From: an uncultured Gammaproteobacteria bacterium
Lineage (GTDB): Bacteria > Pseudomonadota > Gammaproteobacteria > JACCXJ01
Length of the DNA: 64,000 bases
Direction of reading: 5' to 3'
Assembly (NCBI GenBank): GCA_963764725.1
Contig: CAVXTM010000001.1
Location: 352,001 to 416,000, forward strand
In this document: in pieces, positions 10,838 through 22,192 of the stretch
Numbering within the stretch: the stretch's first letter is position 1
Layout: each line of letters begins with the position of its first letter
The notes under the pieces: generated by a model
What the model saw: the letters and a program-made list of their open reading frames with translations, nothing else
What the model was told of the DNA's origin: nothing
Databases searched by the model: none
Position numbers and translations under genes: made by a program

Positions 10838-12206
10838 GCTACTCCAGACCACACTGTTCCGGCTGTCGGTCGTCAACATGGCCGCCTTCGCGGCATCGGC
10901 CAGCGTGCTGCTCCTGTTCATTCATGATGCGACCGTAGCGTTCATCGATCGAGAAACAAACGCCACGATCGAGGCGGATTACCGGGGGCTGGCGGAGCAG
11001 TACGCGCAGCTAGGACTTAGTGGATTGGCACGCGTCATCACCGAACGCTTGAACGGCCATACCCGAACTGGGGAGCTGTATCTGCTTATCGACCTTTACC
11101 ATCGGCCCGTGGCGGGGAATCTCGCCCTCTGGCCCACGGTTGACTCCAACGCGGGCGAATGGATCCAGTTTGGCGTGGAGATCCCGGAAGCGTCGGGTCC
11201 CGTAATGCATGCGGCGCAGGCGAAGATCTTCGATCTAGCCGACAACCATCGCTTGCTCGTCGGCCGAGATATCGAAGCTCGGGTCGATTTTCGAGGTACC
11301 TTTACGGTATTCCTCGTCGCCTCGCTCGCGATATTCGTTGTCCTTAGCGGCATCGGGGGTATCCTTACCGGTCGCAATATTCTCGGGCGTGTCAACGCGA
11401 TCGCCCGTACCACCCATAGCATCATTCGAGGCGATCTGAGCCAGCGCTTACCGATACAAGGGATCGGCGATGAATTCGATCGTGTAGCGGAAAGTGTCAA
11501 TCTAATGCTCAATCAGATCGAGCACTTGAGCAAGGGAATGCGAACGGTCATCGACAGCGTGGCGCATGATCTGCGGGGGCCCATCACGCGCCTTCGCAGC
11601 CACGTCGAACTGACCTTCAGCAAGCCTCCTAGCATCGAATCCTATCGGCAGGCTCTCGACACGGCCTTGACGGAAACCGAGCGGCTGCATAACACCGTGA
11701 ACACTTTGCTGCATATTGCCCAGGCTGAGGCGGGCACGCTTGCAATCGAAATGGAGCGGGTCGATCTGTCTGCCGTCGTCCGTGACGTTACGGACTTATA
11801 TCAGCCTCTGGCGGAAGAGCGAGAGCTACGCTTATCCATGGATGCCACGGCAGATGTCCATATCTTAGGACACCGCGAGTTACTCTCCCATGCCGTCGCT
11901 AATCTCATCGACAACGCGATTAAGTATACGCCGCAAGGCGGCGCTATCGGCCTGACAGTTTCGGCCGTGGGGCTACGCGCCACTGTCACCGTAGCGGACA
12001 CTGGGCCAGGCATCTTCCCCGAGGATCGTGAGCGCGTTCTACAGCGTTTCGTACGCCTCGAAGCCAGCCGAACGACCCCTGGCAGCGGCTTAGGTTTGAG
12101 TCTCGTAGCGGCGGTCGCACAGCTGCACGAGGCGGAACTGAGGCTCAGCGATAACGCGCCGGGCCTGCGCGTCGACGTGATTTTCCGCACGGCCGCCGAA
12201 GTCTGA
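10824..12206 (+). CDS. Sensor histidine kinase (HAMP-HisKA-HATPase)
   Basis: SVAHDLRGP H-box, NLIDNAIKY, DTGPG, GSGLGL. Confidence 0.95.
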   Translation: MKTLRLLQTTLFRLSVVNMAAFAASASVLLLFIHDATVAFIDRETNATIEADYRGLAEQYAQLGLSGLARVITERLNGHTRTGELYLLIDLYHRPVAGNLALWPTVDSNAGEWIQFGVEIPEASGPVMHAAQAKIFDLADNHRLLVGRDIEARVDFRGTFTVFLVASLAIFVVLSGIGGILTGRNILGRVNAIARTTHSIIRGDLSQRLPIQGIGDEFDRVAESVNLMLNQIEHLSKGMRTVIDSVAHDLRGPITRLRSHVELTFSKPPSIESYRQALDTALTETERLHNTVNTLLHIAQAEAGTLAIEMERVDLSAVVRDVTDLYQPLAEERELRLSMDATADVHILGHRELLSHAVANLIDNAIKYTPQGGAIGLTVSAVGLRATVTVADTGPGIFPEDRERVLQRFVRLEASRTTPGSGLGLSLVAAVAQLHEAELRLSDNAPGLRVDVIFRTAAEV

Positions 12207-12237
12207 AAGGTGCTTTCAGACGGCCAATCAGAATAAC

Positions 12238-13686
12238 ATGAGATCCTTCCTCGCAAAGTTCACCGTATTGGGCGGCGCTGCCCCGGAGCTATGGGTTATC
12301 TTCGCAAGCAAGGTGCTGGCAATCCTCGCCTACAGCGTGATGAACATGACCTTGGTGCTCTGGCTCTCGGCGGACCTAGGCTATAGTGATACGGAGGCAG
12401 GCTTTCTCATCGCGGCCTGGTCGTCGCTCATGACGCTTTTCACCGTGCTGGTTGGATCCTTTGTCGATGCCGTCGGTCTGCGCCGCGCCCTGCTGCTTGG
12501 TTTCGCCATTAGCATGCTCTCACGAACGATCATGACGTCTACCACGGTAGGTTGGCTCGCGCTCTCGCTCGGGCTCATGCCGCTAGCACTGGGTGAGGCC
12601 TTATTGACACCGGTCATGGTCGCCGCGGTCAAGCGCTTCTCCACGACGCGCCAGCGCTCGATGGCCTTTTCGATATTCTATACGGCGATGAACGTTGGGT
12701 TCGCGGGCGCCGGCTGGATCTTCGACGCGGTACGCGAGCAACTCGGCGAATACGGCAACTACAAACTCCCACTGATCGAGGCCACGCTGAGCACCTATCG
12801 CACGCTGTTCCTCGTAAGCGTGGTCTTGTCCGGCATCGGCTTAATCGCGGTATATCTTAGTCTTCGGGATGAGGTCGAGGTCACCGATGCGGGCGCCGGG
12901 AGGAACGATCTTGAGACTCGCCCCGTCTTCGCCTACCGCGGCGCGCTACCACGAGCAATGCGCCTATTTACCGGGCTCTGGCAGCAACCCGCGTTCTATC
13001 GTTTTCTGGTCTTTTTAACGCTGGTCGTGGGCGTGCGCCTCATCTTCTACCACATGTACTACACCTTTCCCAAATTCGGCATCCGCGAGCTCGGTGCGGG
13101 CGCCCCGATCGGACAGTTATTCGGGGTTCTGAACGCCGTGATGATCATCGCCCTCGTGCCGGTGGTCGGGGCGCTCACGCAGGGGATACCGGCCTACCGC
13201 ATGGTCAGCTTCGGCAGCCTCATCGCGGCGCTTTCGGTATTTTTCATCGCCGTACCGCCCGCGATCTTCGAGCCGCTCGCCACCAGCCGGGTGGGCGATC
13301 TCATCGTTCACACCTGGCTGAAGATCCCAGGAATCGTGGATCCCCTCTACATGGGTATTTTCCTGTTCGTCTGTTTTCTCTCCCTCGGGGAAGCGCTGTG
13401 GTCACCGAAGCTCTACGAGTATACGGCCGCGATCGCTCCGCAAGGCCAAGAGGCCTCCTACATGTCGCTCTCCTTCCTGCCGTTTTTCATCGCAAAGTTC
13501 TTCGTCGGGATGCTCTCCGGCTTTCTGCTCGGGAACTATTGTCCCGAGACAGGCCCGCGCGATTGCGAAACGTTATGGTTGCTCGTCGGACTCATGGCGC
13601 TCATCACGCCCCTCGGTCTGTTCGCGTTGCGGCGATATCTTCAGGGCGACGAGCCGGAACGCGTCGGCATTAGGCCCACCGCTTGA
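12238..13686 (+). CDS. MFS transporter, POT/PTR-like
   Basis: Many TM helices, AFSIFYTAMNVG, LGEALWSPKLYEY. Confidence 0.8.
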   Translation: MRSFLAKFTVLGGAAPELWVIFASKVLAILAYSVMNMTLVLWLSADLGYSDTEAGFLIAAWSSLMTLFTVLVGSFVDAVGLRRALLLGFAISMLSRTIMTSTTVGWLALSLGLMPLALGEALLTPVMVAAVKRFSTTRQRSMAFSIFYTAMNVGFAGAGWIFDAVREQLGEYGNYKLPLIEATLSTYRTLFLVSVVLSGIGLIAVYLSLRDEVEVTDAGAGRNDLETRPVFAYRGALPRAMRLFTGLWQQPAFYRFLVFLTLVVGVRLIFYHMYYTFPKFGIRELGAGAPIGQLFGVLNAVMIIALVPVVGALTQGIPAYRMVSFGSLIAALSVFFIAVPPAIFEPLATSRVGDLIVHTWLKIPGIVDPLYMGIFLFVCFLSLGEALWSPKLYEYTAAIAPQGQEASYMSLSFLPFFIAKFFVGMLSGFLLGNYCPETGPRDCETLWLLVGLMALITPLGLFALRRYLQGDEPERVGIRPTA

Positions 13687-13829
13687 TGCCTCGAGCGTAC
13701 GACACGCACGGGCGGTTCATCGGCGCACTGTTGGGGGGTGGTTCGGTTGAATTAATCAATTCCTTCGCCGATAACACGGCAAAATCTGAGCTCCCCACGG
13801 CGTTTTTTGACCCAAGAAAGTCTTCCTCG

Positions 13830-15137
13830 ATGCCAAGCTTCTTGATTGTCTCCGATACGGAGGATTTCCGCGTGCTGCTCGCGCAGCTGCTCGCAATTGA
13901 GTGGCCAGACGTGGAGGTAGAGGATTGGGAGCTTAGCTCGGGGGACAATACCCCCACACCTTGGCCGAGGGTCGACCTCCTGCTGCTCGACTGTGGCGCG
14001 AGCCATTGCGAGAGTTTGGAATGGTTCCGTGGAGCACCTGGCGATCCCGAGCGGCCGCCGACCATTGCCCTGACCGACCCCGAGGACAGCGAAGCGGCGG
14101 CAGAGGCCACGGCCCTCGGCGCCGTGGCGTGCCTGTCGCGGAGGGACATATCCAGGGTGCGACTAACCGCGGCGATTAACGCTGTGCTGCAGCGGCAAAT
14201 CGCGGGCGAAGCCTCAGCCGAAGCCGCCGTGGACTCGGAGAAAACCCTGCTGTTGTCCGAGCTTGGGGTCGAACCCATTCCAAGCGCGACGGTCGCGGAT
14301 CCACCCGGTTCCGGCGATCACGCGCGCATAAAGATCGATGGCTACCAGGTGATCAGGGAACTCTCTAAAGGCGGCATGTCCATCATCTTCCTGGCGAAGC
14401 ACTTGCGGGCCGGGACAACGGTGGCCTTGAAGGTACTGGACGACAAACTGCTTGAGGATGAACAGTTCATCACGCTGTTCATACGCGAGTATGGTCTGAT
14501 CGCCAGCATCCAAAGCCGTTACGTGGTCAAGATCTACGATCAGGGATTCACCGATTTGCACGCCTACATCGTGATGGAGTACTTCTGCCACGGCGCGCTT
14601 AAGGAGCGTCTCAAGAGCAGGGTGTTCGCGCGCCACGAGGCGATGGCCGTATTTTACGAGATCCTGATGTCCCTGCGGGACATACACGCACACGGTATCG
14701 TACACCACGATCTAAAACCCCAGAACATCATGTTCCGGAGCGACGGTGGCTTGGCGTTGATCGACTTTGGGATCTCCACACGGCTCGATACAGAACCCGA
14801 GCAAGCGGTTTTGGGCACGGAGACCCTACTCGGCACGCCCCACTACATGAGCCCCGAGCAATGCGAGGGGCGGCAGGGCGATCACCGCAGCGATCTCTAT
14901 AGCACGGGCGCCATCCTCTACGAAATGCTCACCGGCGCCAAGCCGTTCACTGCGCGGGATTGGGCCGCTTTGCTGCGCCAGCACATCAACGCGCCAATTC
15001 CGCGTTTACCGCCCCAACTATCGGCTTATCAAGCCTTAGTCGACCGCTTGCTCGCCAAGCGGCCCGAGGATCGCTATCAATCCGCCAGCGAAGTGATCGA
15101 GGCAGTCGATCGAAGCTTCGTGGCTCACGCAGCCTGA
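13830..15137 (+). CDS. Receiver-like domain fused to Hanks-type Ser/Thr protein kinase
   Basis: N-terminal FLIVSD...DLLLLD; kinase motifs KGGMS, VALKVL, HHDLKPQN, DFG, GTPHYMSPEQ, SDLYSTG; ATG 13830 likely start. Confidence 0.85.
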   Translation: MPSFLIVSDTEDFRVLLAQLLAIEWPDVEVEDWELSSGDNTPTPWPRVDLLLLDCGASHCESLEWFRGAPGDPERPPTIALTDPEDSEAAAEATALGAVACLSRRDISRVRLTAAINAVLQRQIAGEASAEAAVDSEKTLLLSELGVEPIPSATVADPPGSGDHARIKIDGYQVIRELSKGGMSIIFLAKHLRAGTTVALKVLDDKLLEDEQFITLFIREYGLIASIQSRYVVKIYDQGFTDLHAYIVMEYFCHGALKERLKSRVFARHEAMAVFYEILMSLRDIHAHGIVHHDLKPQNIMFRSDGGLALIDFGISTRLDTEPEQAVLGTETLLGTPHYMSPEQCEGRQGDHRSDLYSTGAILYEMLTGAKPFTARDWAALLRQHINAPIPRLPPQLSAYQALVDRLLAKRPEDRYQSASEVIEAVDRSFVAHAA

Positions 15138-15171
15138 ACCGCGTGAACCGGCGCAGACTGGGTGCTCGCCG

Positions 15172-18100
15172 TCATGCCGCGGGACGCTGTACGAAACCGG
15201 CGATTTGGTCAAGTAACTGTTGCTCTACGTAGGGCTTTCCGAGGTAGGCATCTACCCCTAAACCCAAGGCGTGCCGGCGATGCTTTTCCGCCGCGCGCGA
15301 AGTGATCATGATGATCGGTACACGCGCCGTTCTTGGGTTCTGCTTGAGCTTGCGGGTGAGATCGAATCCGTCCATGCGCGGCATTTCTATGTCTAGCAGA
15401 ATCACATCGGGCAGCCTGACGGCCATTTGCTCCATGGCATCCATTCCATCGCGGGCGGTCGTGACCTCGTAACCGTGTCGTGACAGCAAGCGTTTCGTGA
15501 ACTTCCTGACGGTCAGAGAATCGTCCACGACCATAACCAGCGGCGCCACCTGTGCCCGGGCACTGGGGAAATCGGCCGCGCGCGGCGCCGCGATCGCCGC
15601 CTCGCCCCGATGCGCTAGCTGGACTGGATTTAGGATTAGAACGCTGCGCCCATCACCCAGCGCTGTCGCACCGAGAATCCCCGGGACCCCGCTGAGCTGC
15701 GGACCCACGCCCTTGATAATGACCTCGCGGTTGCCAATGACCTCATCGACTAAAACCGCGGCGCGCCCGCCGCCCTCGCGGAGCAGCAAGACCTTCTGTT
15801 GGCGTATGGCACTCACCACGCACGCCGAATCCCCGAGGAGTCGGGGCAGATAATAGACTTCTGGGTACTCGCGGCTAGCATGAACAAAAGGGCTGCGATG
15901 CTCATTCCCTTCCCGGTGCTCGACGTTCGCTTCAAGAATTAACTCGAACATGGCCGAGGGGATAGCGTAAAGGGCGCTCCCGGCACGCACAAGGACCGCA
16001 TGCACCATGCTGTGGGTGACCGGCAGAAACAAGGAAAAGCAGGCGCCGGCGCCTGCTTCAGAGCGTACCTCGATACGGCCTCCCGCGGCGGCGACGGCAT
16101 TCAGCACCGCATCCATGCCCACACCACGGCCGGCGAGCCCGGTCACCACTTCGGCGGTCGTAAACCCAGGAGAAAAGATGAGACGCATCGCTTCTTCATC
16201 GCTGAGCGGCGGGCCCTGTCCGATCAGACCCTTCTCCTCGGCCTTGGCGCGTAGGCGCGCCGGATCGACCCCTGCGCCATCATCGGCTACCGTGATAACG
16301 ATGCCAGGCGACGCCTGGCGAACGGTTAAAACCACCTTGCCGCGTTCTGGTTTGCCCGCCCCCACGCGGACAGCGGGGCTCTCAATGCCATGCACAACGG
16401 CGTTTCGCAAGAGGTGCTCGAGCGGTGCCACGAGCTGGTCTAAGACTGCGCGATCGAATTCAAGGTGCTCGCCATGGATCACAAGACCCACGTCCTTGCC
16501 GACCTCGCGGGCGGCTTGCCGCACGACCCGGTAGAGGCGGTCCGCCACGCTTCGCAATGCTAACGCGCGAACGCACATGAGGTCCTGATGGTGTTGCCGG
16601 GTGATGCGCCCTTGTTCGGCGAGGGCGGCGCCGATGCGTTCGATAGCCTGGTCTAGATGCTCGTGCAGAATGCGGCTGTCGCTGATGCTTTCGGCCATCA
16701 TGCGCGTGATCTCCTGGACGTGCGTATAGCGGTCCAGCTCCAACGGATCGAATCCATCGGTGCTCGCTTGGCGCTCGGGAAGGCGCGAATGAATCTGGCT
16801 TTCGGTTTGGATTTCAATGTCGTGCTGCTGTTCCCGTAAACGCGCAAAAACGCCCAAAAGGTCCTCAAGCCCGCGCTTGAGTTGCGCCATTTCGGCCTCG
16901 ACCAGCGAACGCCCGATGCTGATTTCGCCCGCCTGATTCAGCAATCGCTCAACCGTGTGTACGCGTACTCTCAATAGGGAATCACCGGAAGCGCTCGGCG
17001 GCGCCGTCCCGAGTAGGCTCGTGGCGTTCATTGGCGCGGCTGTCGGCGAGGCAACCGCATGCGCCGCGAGATCGCGCCGGCAGTCGAGATCGGCCCGACG
17101 ACGCTCGATGGCAACCGCCACCACATCGAAGAGATGCTCAAGATCGTCAAATTCGCTCGCCGACGGAGCACCCGTGCCGGTCAAGGCCTCCACTCGCCCC
17201 TCGAGGTGGTGGACGAGATCGCCGATGTCCGTGACACCGGCCGTATGTGCGCTGCCTTTGAAGTTGTGCAGGACGCGGAGTAGAGCCTGCGGAGCCTCGC
17301 GTTCCGACGGATCGGCTCTCCATGCGCGCAACCCGGCGCCTATGGCGGCAATGCATTCCCCGCCTTCCTCGACAAACACCGACAACATTTCTGCGTCCGC
17401 GCCCTCATTCTCATGCATTACCGCGACGAGCGATGCGACCGGTTGGGCCGGCATAAGCGGCGCTGGATCGGTTGTAGTGTCGCAGACCACCGAGTCTCCT
17501 GCCGCATTTCCGGTTGCGCTCTTGCCGGTCATTGCTTCTACCAAGGAAATGATTGCGCCGCTCACCACCGCACCCTGAGAAACGATTTCGCCGGAGGGCG
17601 CTTGCCGCTGCCGGAGCGCATCCAGGATGTCGCCAACCAGACCCAACGCCTTTTGCATGAGAACGCGGGCCGGTTCGTCGAGATGCTTCGATTGTCGGAT
17701 CAGCGCGTTCAGCCACTGCTCCAGTGCATGCGCCAGATCCCCGAGGTACGGTAGGCCGACGGCGCGGCTTATGCCTGCGAGGGTATGCGCGGGCCGTACG
17801 AAATCAGCTTCGAGCGCCGCCTCGGAGTGCTTGCTGAGTTTATCGACTTGGCCTATTAACCTGCTATGATGCTCCGCGGCCTCGCGTTGGAAAATTGCAA
17901 ATAGGGCCGCAGGAATGGCGGCGTTACCGATGACGATATCCGGCTCCACGATGTCCAAAACTATCGCCGGGATATCAGTTGCAGCCGCCAGCGCGCTGGC
18001 TTTTATACGCGCGGCGCCGGCCAGTAACTCCGCGTTGTCCGCATCAACGCAGCCATCCCGTTTGAGCGCCTGCGTCCACTTCTCGAACCGCCGCTGGGCC

Positions 18101-20001
18101 AGGACCAGGAGATCGAGCAGCGCCGGCGTTGCCGGTCTACGCAGTTCTAGCCACAAGTTCAGCAGATCCTCCAGGGCCCACGCCGATGCGCTTAGCGCAG
18201 TGAGCCCGATCATGTGGCTACTACCCTTGAGAGTGTGAAAGCTGCGCCGGATCTCGGTTAAGGCGGCATGATCGGATGAGTTCTGGAGGCAGCGCTCCAG
18301 GCGCTGGGAAAGCACCGTCACGATCTCGTCCGACTCCTCGATGAATACGGCCAAAAGATCGTCGGCCTCGTCCAATGCGGGTACGCTCGCCGTGGGTGGC
18401 ATTTGAGAGTCGCCTTCCGATGGCGCATTACCGAATGGAAGCTTCTTGAGCTTTGGGACGCCGGCGTCGGTGATTGACACCTCGGTGTCCCGTAAACCCA
18501 AGAGATCGAGCCGCTGGTAATCGGCATTGTCCCGTCGCTCCACGAGCGTTTGACAATAGAGTTCTAGGCTGCAGATAGCCTCCGCGACACGCCACGCCCG
18601 CTCCTCCGTTAGGGGGAGGTCGGGTTGCGCAAGCTCGGTAACCTGGCCGTGGATCTTGATCGCCAGATCCGCAGACCGGTCCAGTCCGAGCATGCTCAAA
18701 ACTGCGCTGCACGCGGAAAGTGACAGACCGAGAGCGTGAAGCTCACCGGCTCTCGATCGATCGACAAGAAACTCCGCCAGCACTTGCTCGGCATGCTCGA
18801 TCCGCGCGAGCACCTCATGTGCGGCTGGCGCCACCGAGTCCGCAAGCCAAAACATCGGGGAAAGCATGGTATCGGCCGCATGGGGTTCCGCGGACAGACG
18901 GGCCGTTAAAGCGTCGATCCCTGCGGCGATCGACGGGCCGATGCGAGAAAACACGCTTACGTTCTCCACCGCGAGCAACGCACCGGCGATCTCGACCGTC
19001 CATCCGGTCATGGCAGATGGCCGCGGGGTCGAGGCGCAGGCGCCGATGGCTCGCAAAAGCCCCTGCACGTTGCCGAGCGCGTGAGCGTTCTTCGCCGCCC
19101 GTGCAATCTGCTCACGGAACTCCGCGAGTATCTCGCTTCGACCTTCACACAACTGCTCCCAGGCGCTTTTTGCGGCCCGCAACGCCCCGCGAAGCTCACC
19201 TCTCCAGGGTTCCGGGATTACCCCATCGACAAGCTGGTCCGCGGTAATAGACAGCAGCGAACCTAGACCGAATGGAGCTATGGCCTCGCGTAGGGGGGCG
19301 CCGCCCGTTGGGGGCACCGCGATCAGGGCCAGAATATCGCAGAGCAACAGGGCGTCGCCCGCCAAAGACCCTGAGCGCAGGCGTCTTAGCTGCTGTTCAA
19401 TGCGTGCGCAAAGTTTCTTGGTGCTTGCGTGTCCCGGTATGATGCCCAGGCGCAGGCATTCAATGAAGATCGCCGCCAAGCCCCACAAGCTTCGATGGGG
19501 TGCAGGCCACAGGCGCGCGACACGGACGAGCCCCTGATGCATCGATTCGATGCCCGTGGACTCGTCGCGCAGCCAGCCTAGCAGCCCACGCTGATACGTC
19601 TCGTGGCCGCGCCTGAGCAATGTCTCGGCGTCGCTATCGGGCTGCTCCTCTTGGAACTCTTGCAGCAGCGGGTGCAGCGTGGTCGCGGTACCAGTTTCAA
19701 GCTCGCTGGCCACGGCACCGAGGCATCCCACTGCGACGGCTACGGCCTTCGCATCCGACGATGCACCGCTCACGGCAATCTCGGCGAGCTCTAGGAAAAA
19801 ACGCGCCTGCACCGGCGCCCCGACCATCTCAAGAACCCCGGCCACCCGGCGTAGCCTCATCCCCACTTGCCGCGACGCCGTGTCATCGGGCAAGCCGGTT
19901 GAACACCGTTCCATGACCTCCGTGGCCTGGGCGAATTCCGCGCTTAGCGTACTCGTCACAATTCCGAACCGCCCGGGTGCTAAAGAATCTGCACTGTTCA
20001 T
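15172..20001 (-). CDS. chpA: ChpA/PilL multi-Hpt CheA-like hybrid kinase
   Basis: Hpt motifs HTLKGS, HTLAG, HNFKGS; FDPLELDRY; HLLRNAVVHG; GRGVGMD; CheW domain; C-terminal REC. Confidence 0.9.
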   Translation of the reverse strand: MNSADSLAPGRFGIVTSTLSAEFAQATEVMERCSTGLPDDTASRQVGMRLRRVAGVLEMVGAPVQARFFLELAEIAVSGASSDAKAVAVAVGCLGAVASELETGTATTLHPLLQEFQEEQPDSDAETLLRRGHETYQRGLLGWLRDESTGIESMHQGLVRVARLWPAPHRSLWGLAAIFIECLRLGIIPGHASTKKLCARIEQQLRRLRSGSLAGDALLLCDILALIAVPPTGGAPLREAIAPFGLGSLLSITADQLVDGVIPEPWRGELRGALRAAKSAWEQLCEGRSEILAEFREQIARAAKNAHALGNVQGLLRAIGACASTPRPSAMTGWTVEIAGALLAVENVSVFSRIGPSIAAGIDALTARLSAEPHAADTMLSPMFWLADSVAPAAHEVLARIEHAEQVLAEFLVDRSRAGELHALGLSLSACSAVLSMLGLDRSADLAIKIHGQVTELAQPDLPLTEERAWRVAEAICSLELYCQTLVERRDNADYQRLDLLGLRDTEVSITDAGVPKLKKLPFGNAPSEGDSQMPPTASVPALDEADDLLAVFIEESDEIVTVLSQRLERCLQNSSDHAALTEIRRSFHTLKGSSHMIGLTALSASAWALEDLLNLWLELRRPATPALLDLLVLAQRRFEKWTQALKRDGCVDADNAELLAGAARIKASALAAATDIPAIVLDIVEPDIVIGNAAIPAALFAIFQREAAEHHSRLIGQVDKLSKHSEAALEADFVRPAHTLAGISRAVGLPYLGDLAHALEQWLNALIRQSKHLDEPARVLMQKALGLVGDILDALRQRQAPSGEIVSQGAVVSGAIISLVEAMTGKSATGNAAGDSVVCDTTTDPAPLMPAQPVASLVAVMHENEGADAEMLSVFVEEGGECIAAIGAGLRAWRADPSEREAPQALLRVLHNFKGSAHTAGVTDIGDLVHHLEGRVEALTGTGAPSASEFDDLEHLFDVVAVAIERRRADLDCRRDLAAHAVASPTAAPMNATSLLGTAPPSASGDSLLRVRVHTVERLLNQAGEISIGRSLVEAEMAQLKRGLEDLLGVFARLREQQHDIEIQTESQIHSRLPERQASTDGFDPLELDRYTHVQEITRMMAESISDSRILHEHLDQAIERIGAALAEQGRITRQHHQDLMCVRALALRSVADRLYRVVRQAAREVGKDVGLVIHGEHLEFDRAVLDQLVAPLEHLLRNAVVHGIESPAVRVGAGKPERGKVVLTVRQASPGIVITVADDGAGVDPARLRAKAEEKGLIGQGPPLSDEEAMRLIFSPGFTTAEVVTGLAGRGVGMDAVLNAVAAAGGRIEVRSEAGAGACFSLFLPVTHSMVHAVLVRAGSALYAIPSAMFELILEANVEHREGNEHRSPFVHASREYPEVYYLPRLLGDSACVVSAIRQQKVLLLREGGGRAAVLVDEVIGNREVIIKGVGPQLSGVPGILGATALGDGRSVLILNPVQLAHRGEAAIAAPRAADFPSARAQVAPLVMVVDDSLTVRKFTKRLLSRHGYEVTTARDGMDAMEQMAVRLPDVILLDIEMPRMDGFDLTRKLKQNPRTARVPIIMITSRAAEKHRRHALGLGVDAYLGKPYVEQQLLDQIAGFVQRPAA

Positions 20002-20025
20002 CGGATTCGCCTCCGCGCCATCGAA

Positions 20026-22119
20026 CTACAGCCGGAATCTGGCCACCGATCCGCGTAGTGTGCGGGCCGTTTCCCCGACCTTGATGACAGAGGTTACGAT
20101 TTGCTCGGCGCCGGCCGTCGTTTTATCCGTAACCTCCAGGATCTGAGCCATACCGAATGAGACTTGTTCGGCGATTTCGGTCTGCTTTTGCGTGGCCACC
20201 GAGATCGACTGAACCAGGTTTGCGAGCCGCGGCGTAACGTTTTGGATATCTAAGAGTGCTTGATTGACGGCCGCGGATAGTTTGGTTCCTTCTACTACCT
20301 GCTTGGTGCTTTGTTCCATGGCAACCACCGCATCGGTGGTATCGGCCTGAATGCTCTTGACGCGTGCGGCGATCTCTTTGGTAGCTTTCGTAGAGCGCTC
20401 GGCCAGGCGTTGCACCTCTTCGGCCACGATCGTGAAGCCGCGGCCCGCTTCGCCCGCGGCCGCCGCCTGGATCGCCGCGTTCAAGGCGAGCACATTAGTT
20501 TGCTCGGTAATGTTATCGATAAGGGAGACGATGTCGCCGATCTCCTGCGAGCTCTCCCCGAGACGCTTGATGCGCTTGGCCGTCTCCTGGATCTGCGCGC
20601 GGATCTCATCCATGTTGGCGATGGTGGAACGCACGGCCTCGGCCCCGCCGTTGGCGGCGTTGAGCGACAGCATGGCCACGTCCGCGCAACGCGAGGCGTT
20701 TTCCGATATTTCCGTGATCGACTGAGCCATTGTCTGTACCGAGGCGGCGGTTTGTTTGATCTGCTCCGACTGATCCGTCGTGGAGACGGCTAGCACGTTG
20801 GCGATGGCACGGCCACGTTCCGTGGAGGCCTTGACTTGCGCCGATGCCTTGTCGATGCCCTGGACTAGGTCACGAAGCGCCTCAATCGTCACGTTGATGG
20901 AGTCCGCGATGGCGCCGGTGATCTCCGCGCTTACCGTGGCCCGCGCCGCCAAGTTGCCGCTGGCGACCTCACCGAGCTCATTCATGAGCAGCAGGATCGC
21001 CTGTTGGCTTCGCTTGTTTTCAAACGCCACGCGCTGCGCTTCCCGGTCGCGTTCCGCCGCGGCCCGTCGCTGAGCCCGGCTCAGCGCGCCCAAGGCCGCG
21101 ATCGCGGCAAAGCAAAACCCGGCAGCGAGCGCGAGCTGCGTCCACAGCGTCGCCCTGAGATCGGTCATTCTGGCAGCTAAGCTCTCGTTCAAGGCCGCGG
21201 CGGTCGCGCGTGCGAGCGCTAACAGACTATCCAGGGCCCCGACGATAGCGTCGCTCCGGCCGTCAGAATTGACGCTGGTTTCGTTCACCGCCCCAGCATG
21301 GCCCGGAAACACGGCGGCCGATCCGGAGATCGGAGGATCGATCGGCGCGAACGTTGCTAAATCGATGAGCGAGACATGGGCAGCCTTGGCCGTGGACCGG
21401 ACCGTATGCCGAAACGAACCATCGACGCCGGTTGCGCGTTTCACGCTGTCCTGCAATTGCTCGGCGAGCATCGCGATCACGCCCGAATTCCAAGCCTCCG
21501 TGATCCCACACACGACCGCCGGTATGTTTCGTGTCAAGATTTCCTGTAGATAATAAGTATCGGGGTCTGGGTCGATTGTCAGATGCGATCGGTCGGCCAC
21601 GTCGCGAATCAGCGCGGCGATCCGCTTCATAAGGGTGCCTGTCGCGACTTGGCGTTCGGCGGCGTCCATGCCGACAAGGCCGCTCATGATCCGGCGCCAG
21701 TCGGCCTCCGATTGTCTCCAAAGCTGTCCGATTCCCAGGATCGCTCCGAGACGCGTGTCGGCCGCGCTCGCCGCTTGGCGCGCTTCATCGATTGGTTTTG
21801 TAAGCTCACGGTCGGACTCACGTGTGCCACCGGGACCCGGGACGGCTATCCACGCACGATAGGCTTGCAAGCTCCGCTCAAGTTCGAGCAAAGGGACGAG
21901 GTAATCGACCCCCATCCTTTGTTTCCGGGCAAGGTCGATGCGCGCATTCAGATCGGTGCTGACGAGGTAGATCACGGCGCAAACGGGTAACACGAAAAGC
22001 ATCCCGGTGATCCAGTACGCTCGGTACAGACGGGTTCGCTGGAATTGGAAGCGCGATGCCTTTGAATCCTCGCATTTAGTCTCTGGCGGTAGACTTAGCG
22101 TACTCGCTTCAGCACTCAT
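20026..22119 (-). CDS. pilJ: PilJ-type methyl-accepting chemotaxis protein
   Basis: [46 protein letters not shown]. Confidence 0.9.
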   Translation of the reverse strand: MSAEASTLSLPPETKCEDSKASRFQFQRTRLYRAYWITGMLFVLPVCAVIYLVSTDLNARIDLARKQRMGVDYLVPLLELERSLQAYRAWIAVPGPGGTRESDRELTKPIDEARQAASAADTRLGAILGIGQLWRQSEADWRRIMSGLVGMDAAERQVATGTLMKRIAALIRDVADRSHLTIDPDPDTYYLQEILTRNIPAVVCGITEAWNSGVIAMLAEQLQDSVKRATGVDGSFRHTVRSTAKAAHVSLIDLATFAPIDPPISGSAAVFPGHAGAVNETSVNSDGRSDAIVGALDSLLALARATAAALNESLAARMTDLRATLWTQLALAAGFCFAAIAALGALSRAQRRAAAERDREAQRVAFENKRSQQAILLLMNELGEVASGNLAARATVSAEITGAIADSINVTIEALRDLVQGIDKASAQVKASTERGRAIANVLAVSTTDQSEQIKQTAASVQTMAQSITEISENASRCADVAMLSLNAANGGAEAVRSTIANMDEIRAQIQETAKRIKRLGESSQEIGDIVSLIDNITEQTNVLALNAAIQAAAAGEAGRGFTIVAEEVQRLAERSTKATKEIAARVKSIQADTTDAVVAMEQSTKQVVEGTKLSAAVNQALLDIQNVTPRLANLVQSISVATQKQTEIAEQVSFGMAQILEVTDKTTAGAEQIVTSVIKVGETARTLRGSVARFRL

Positions 22120-22192
22120 AGTATTCGCCTGTACGAGACGGTCCTACAGGGCCGGGCAACGGTCGCTTGATCCTGTTTGTGGTGAAGCGCGA

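Noticed and set aside
13670-14278. 202-aa Ser-rich minus-strand ORF
   Set aside because: Antisense to the receiver/kinase gene; composition typical of shadow frames
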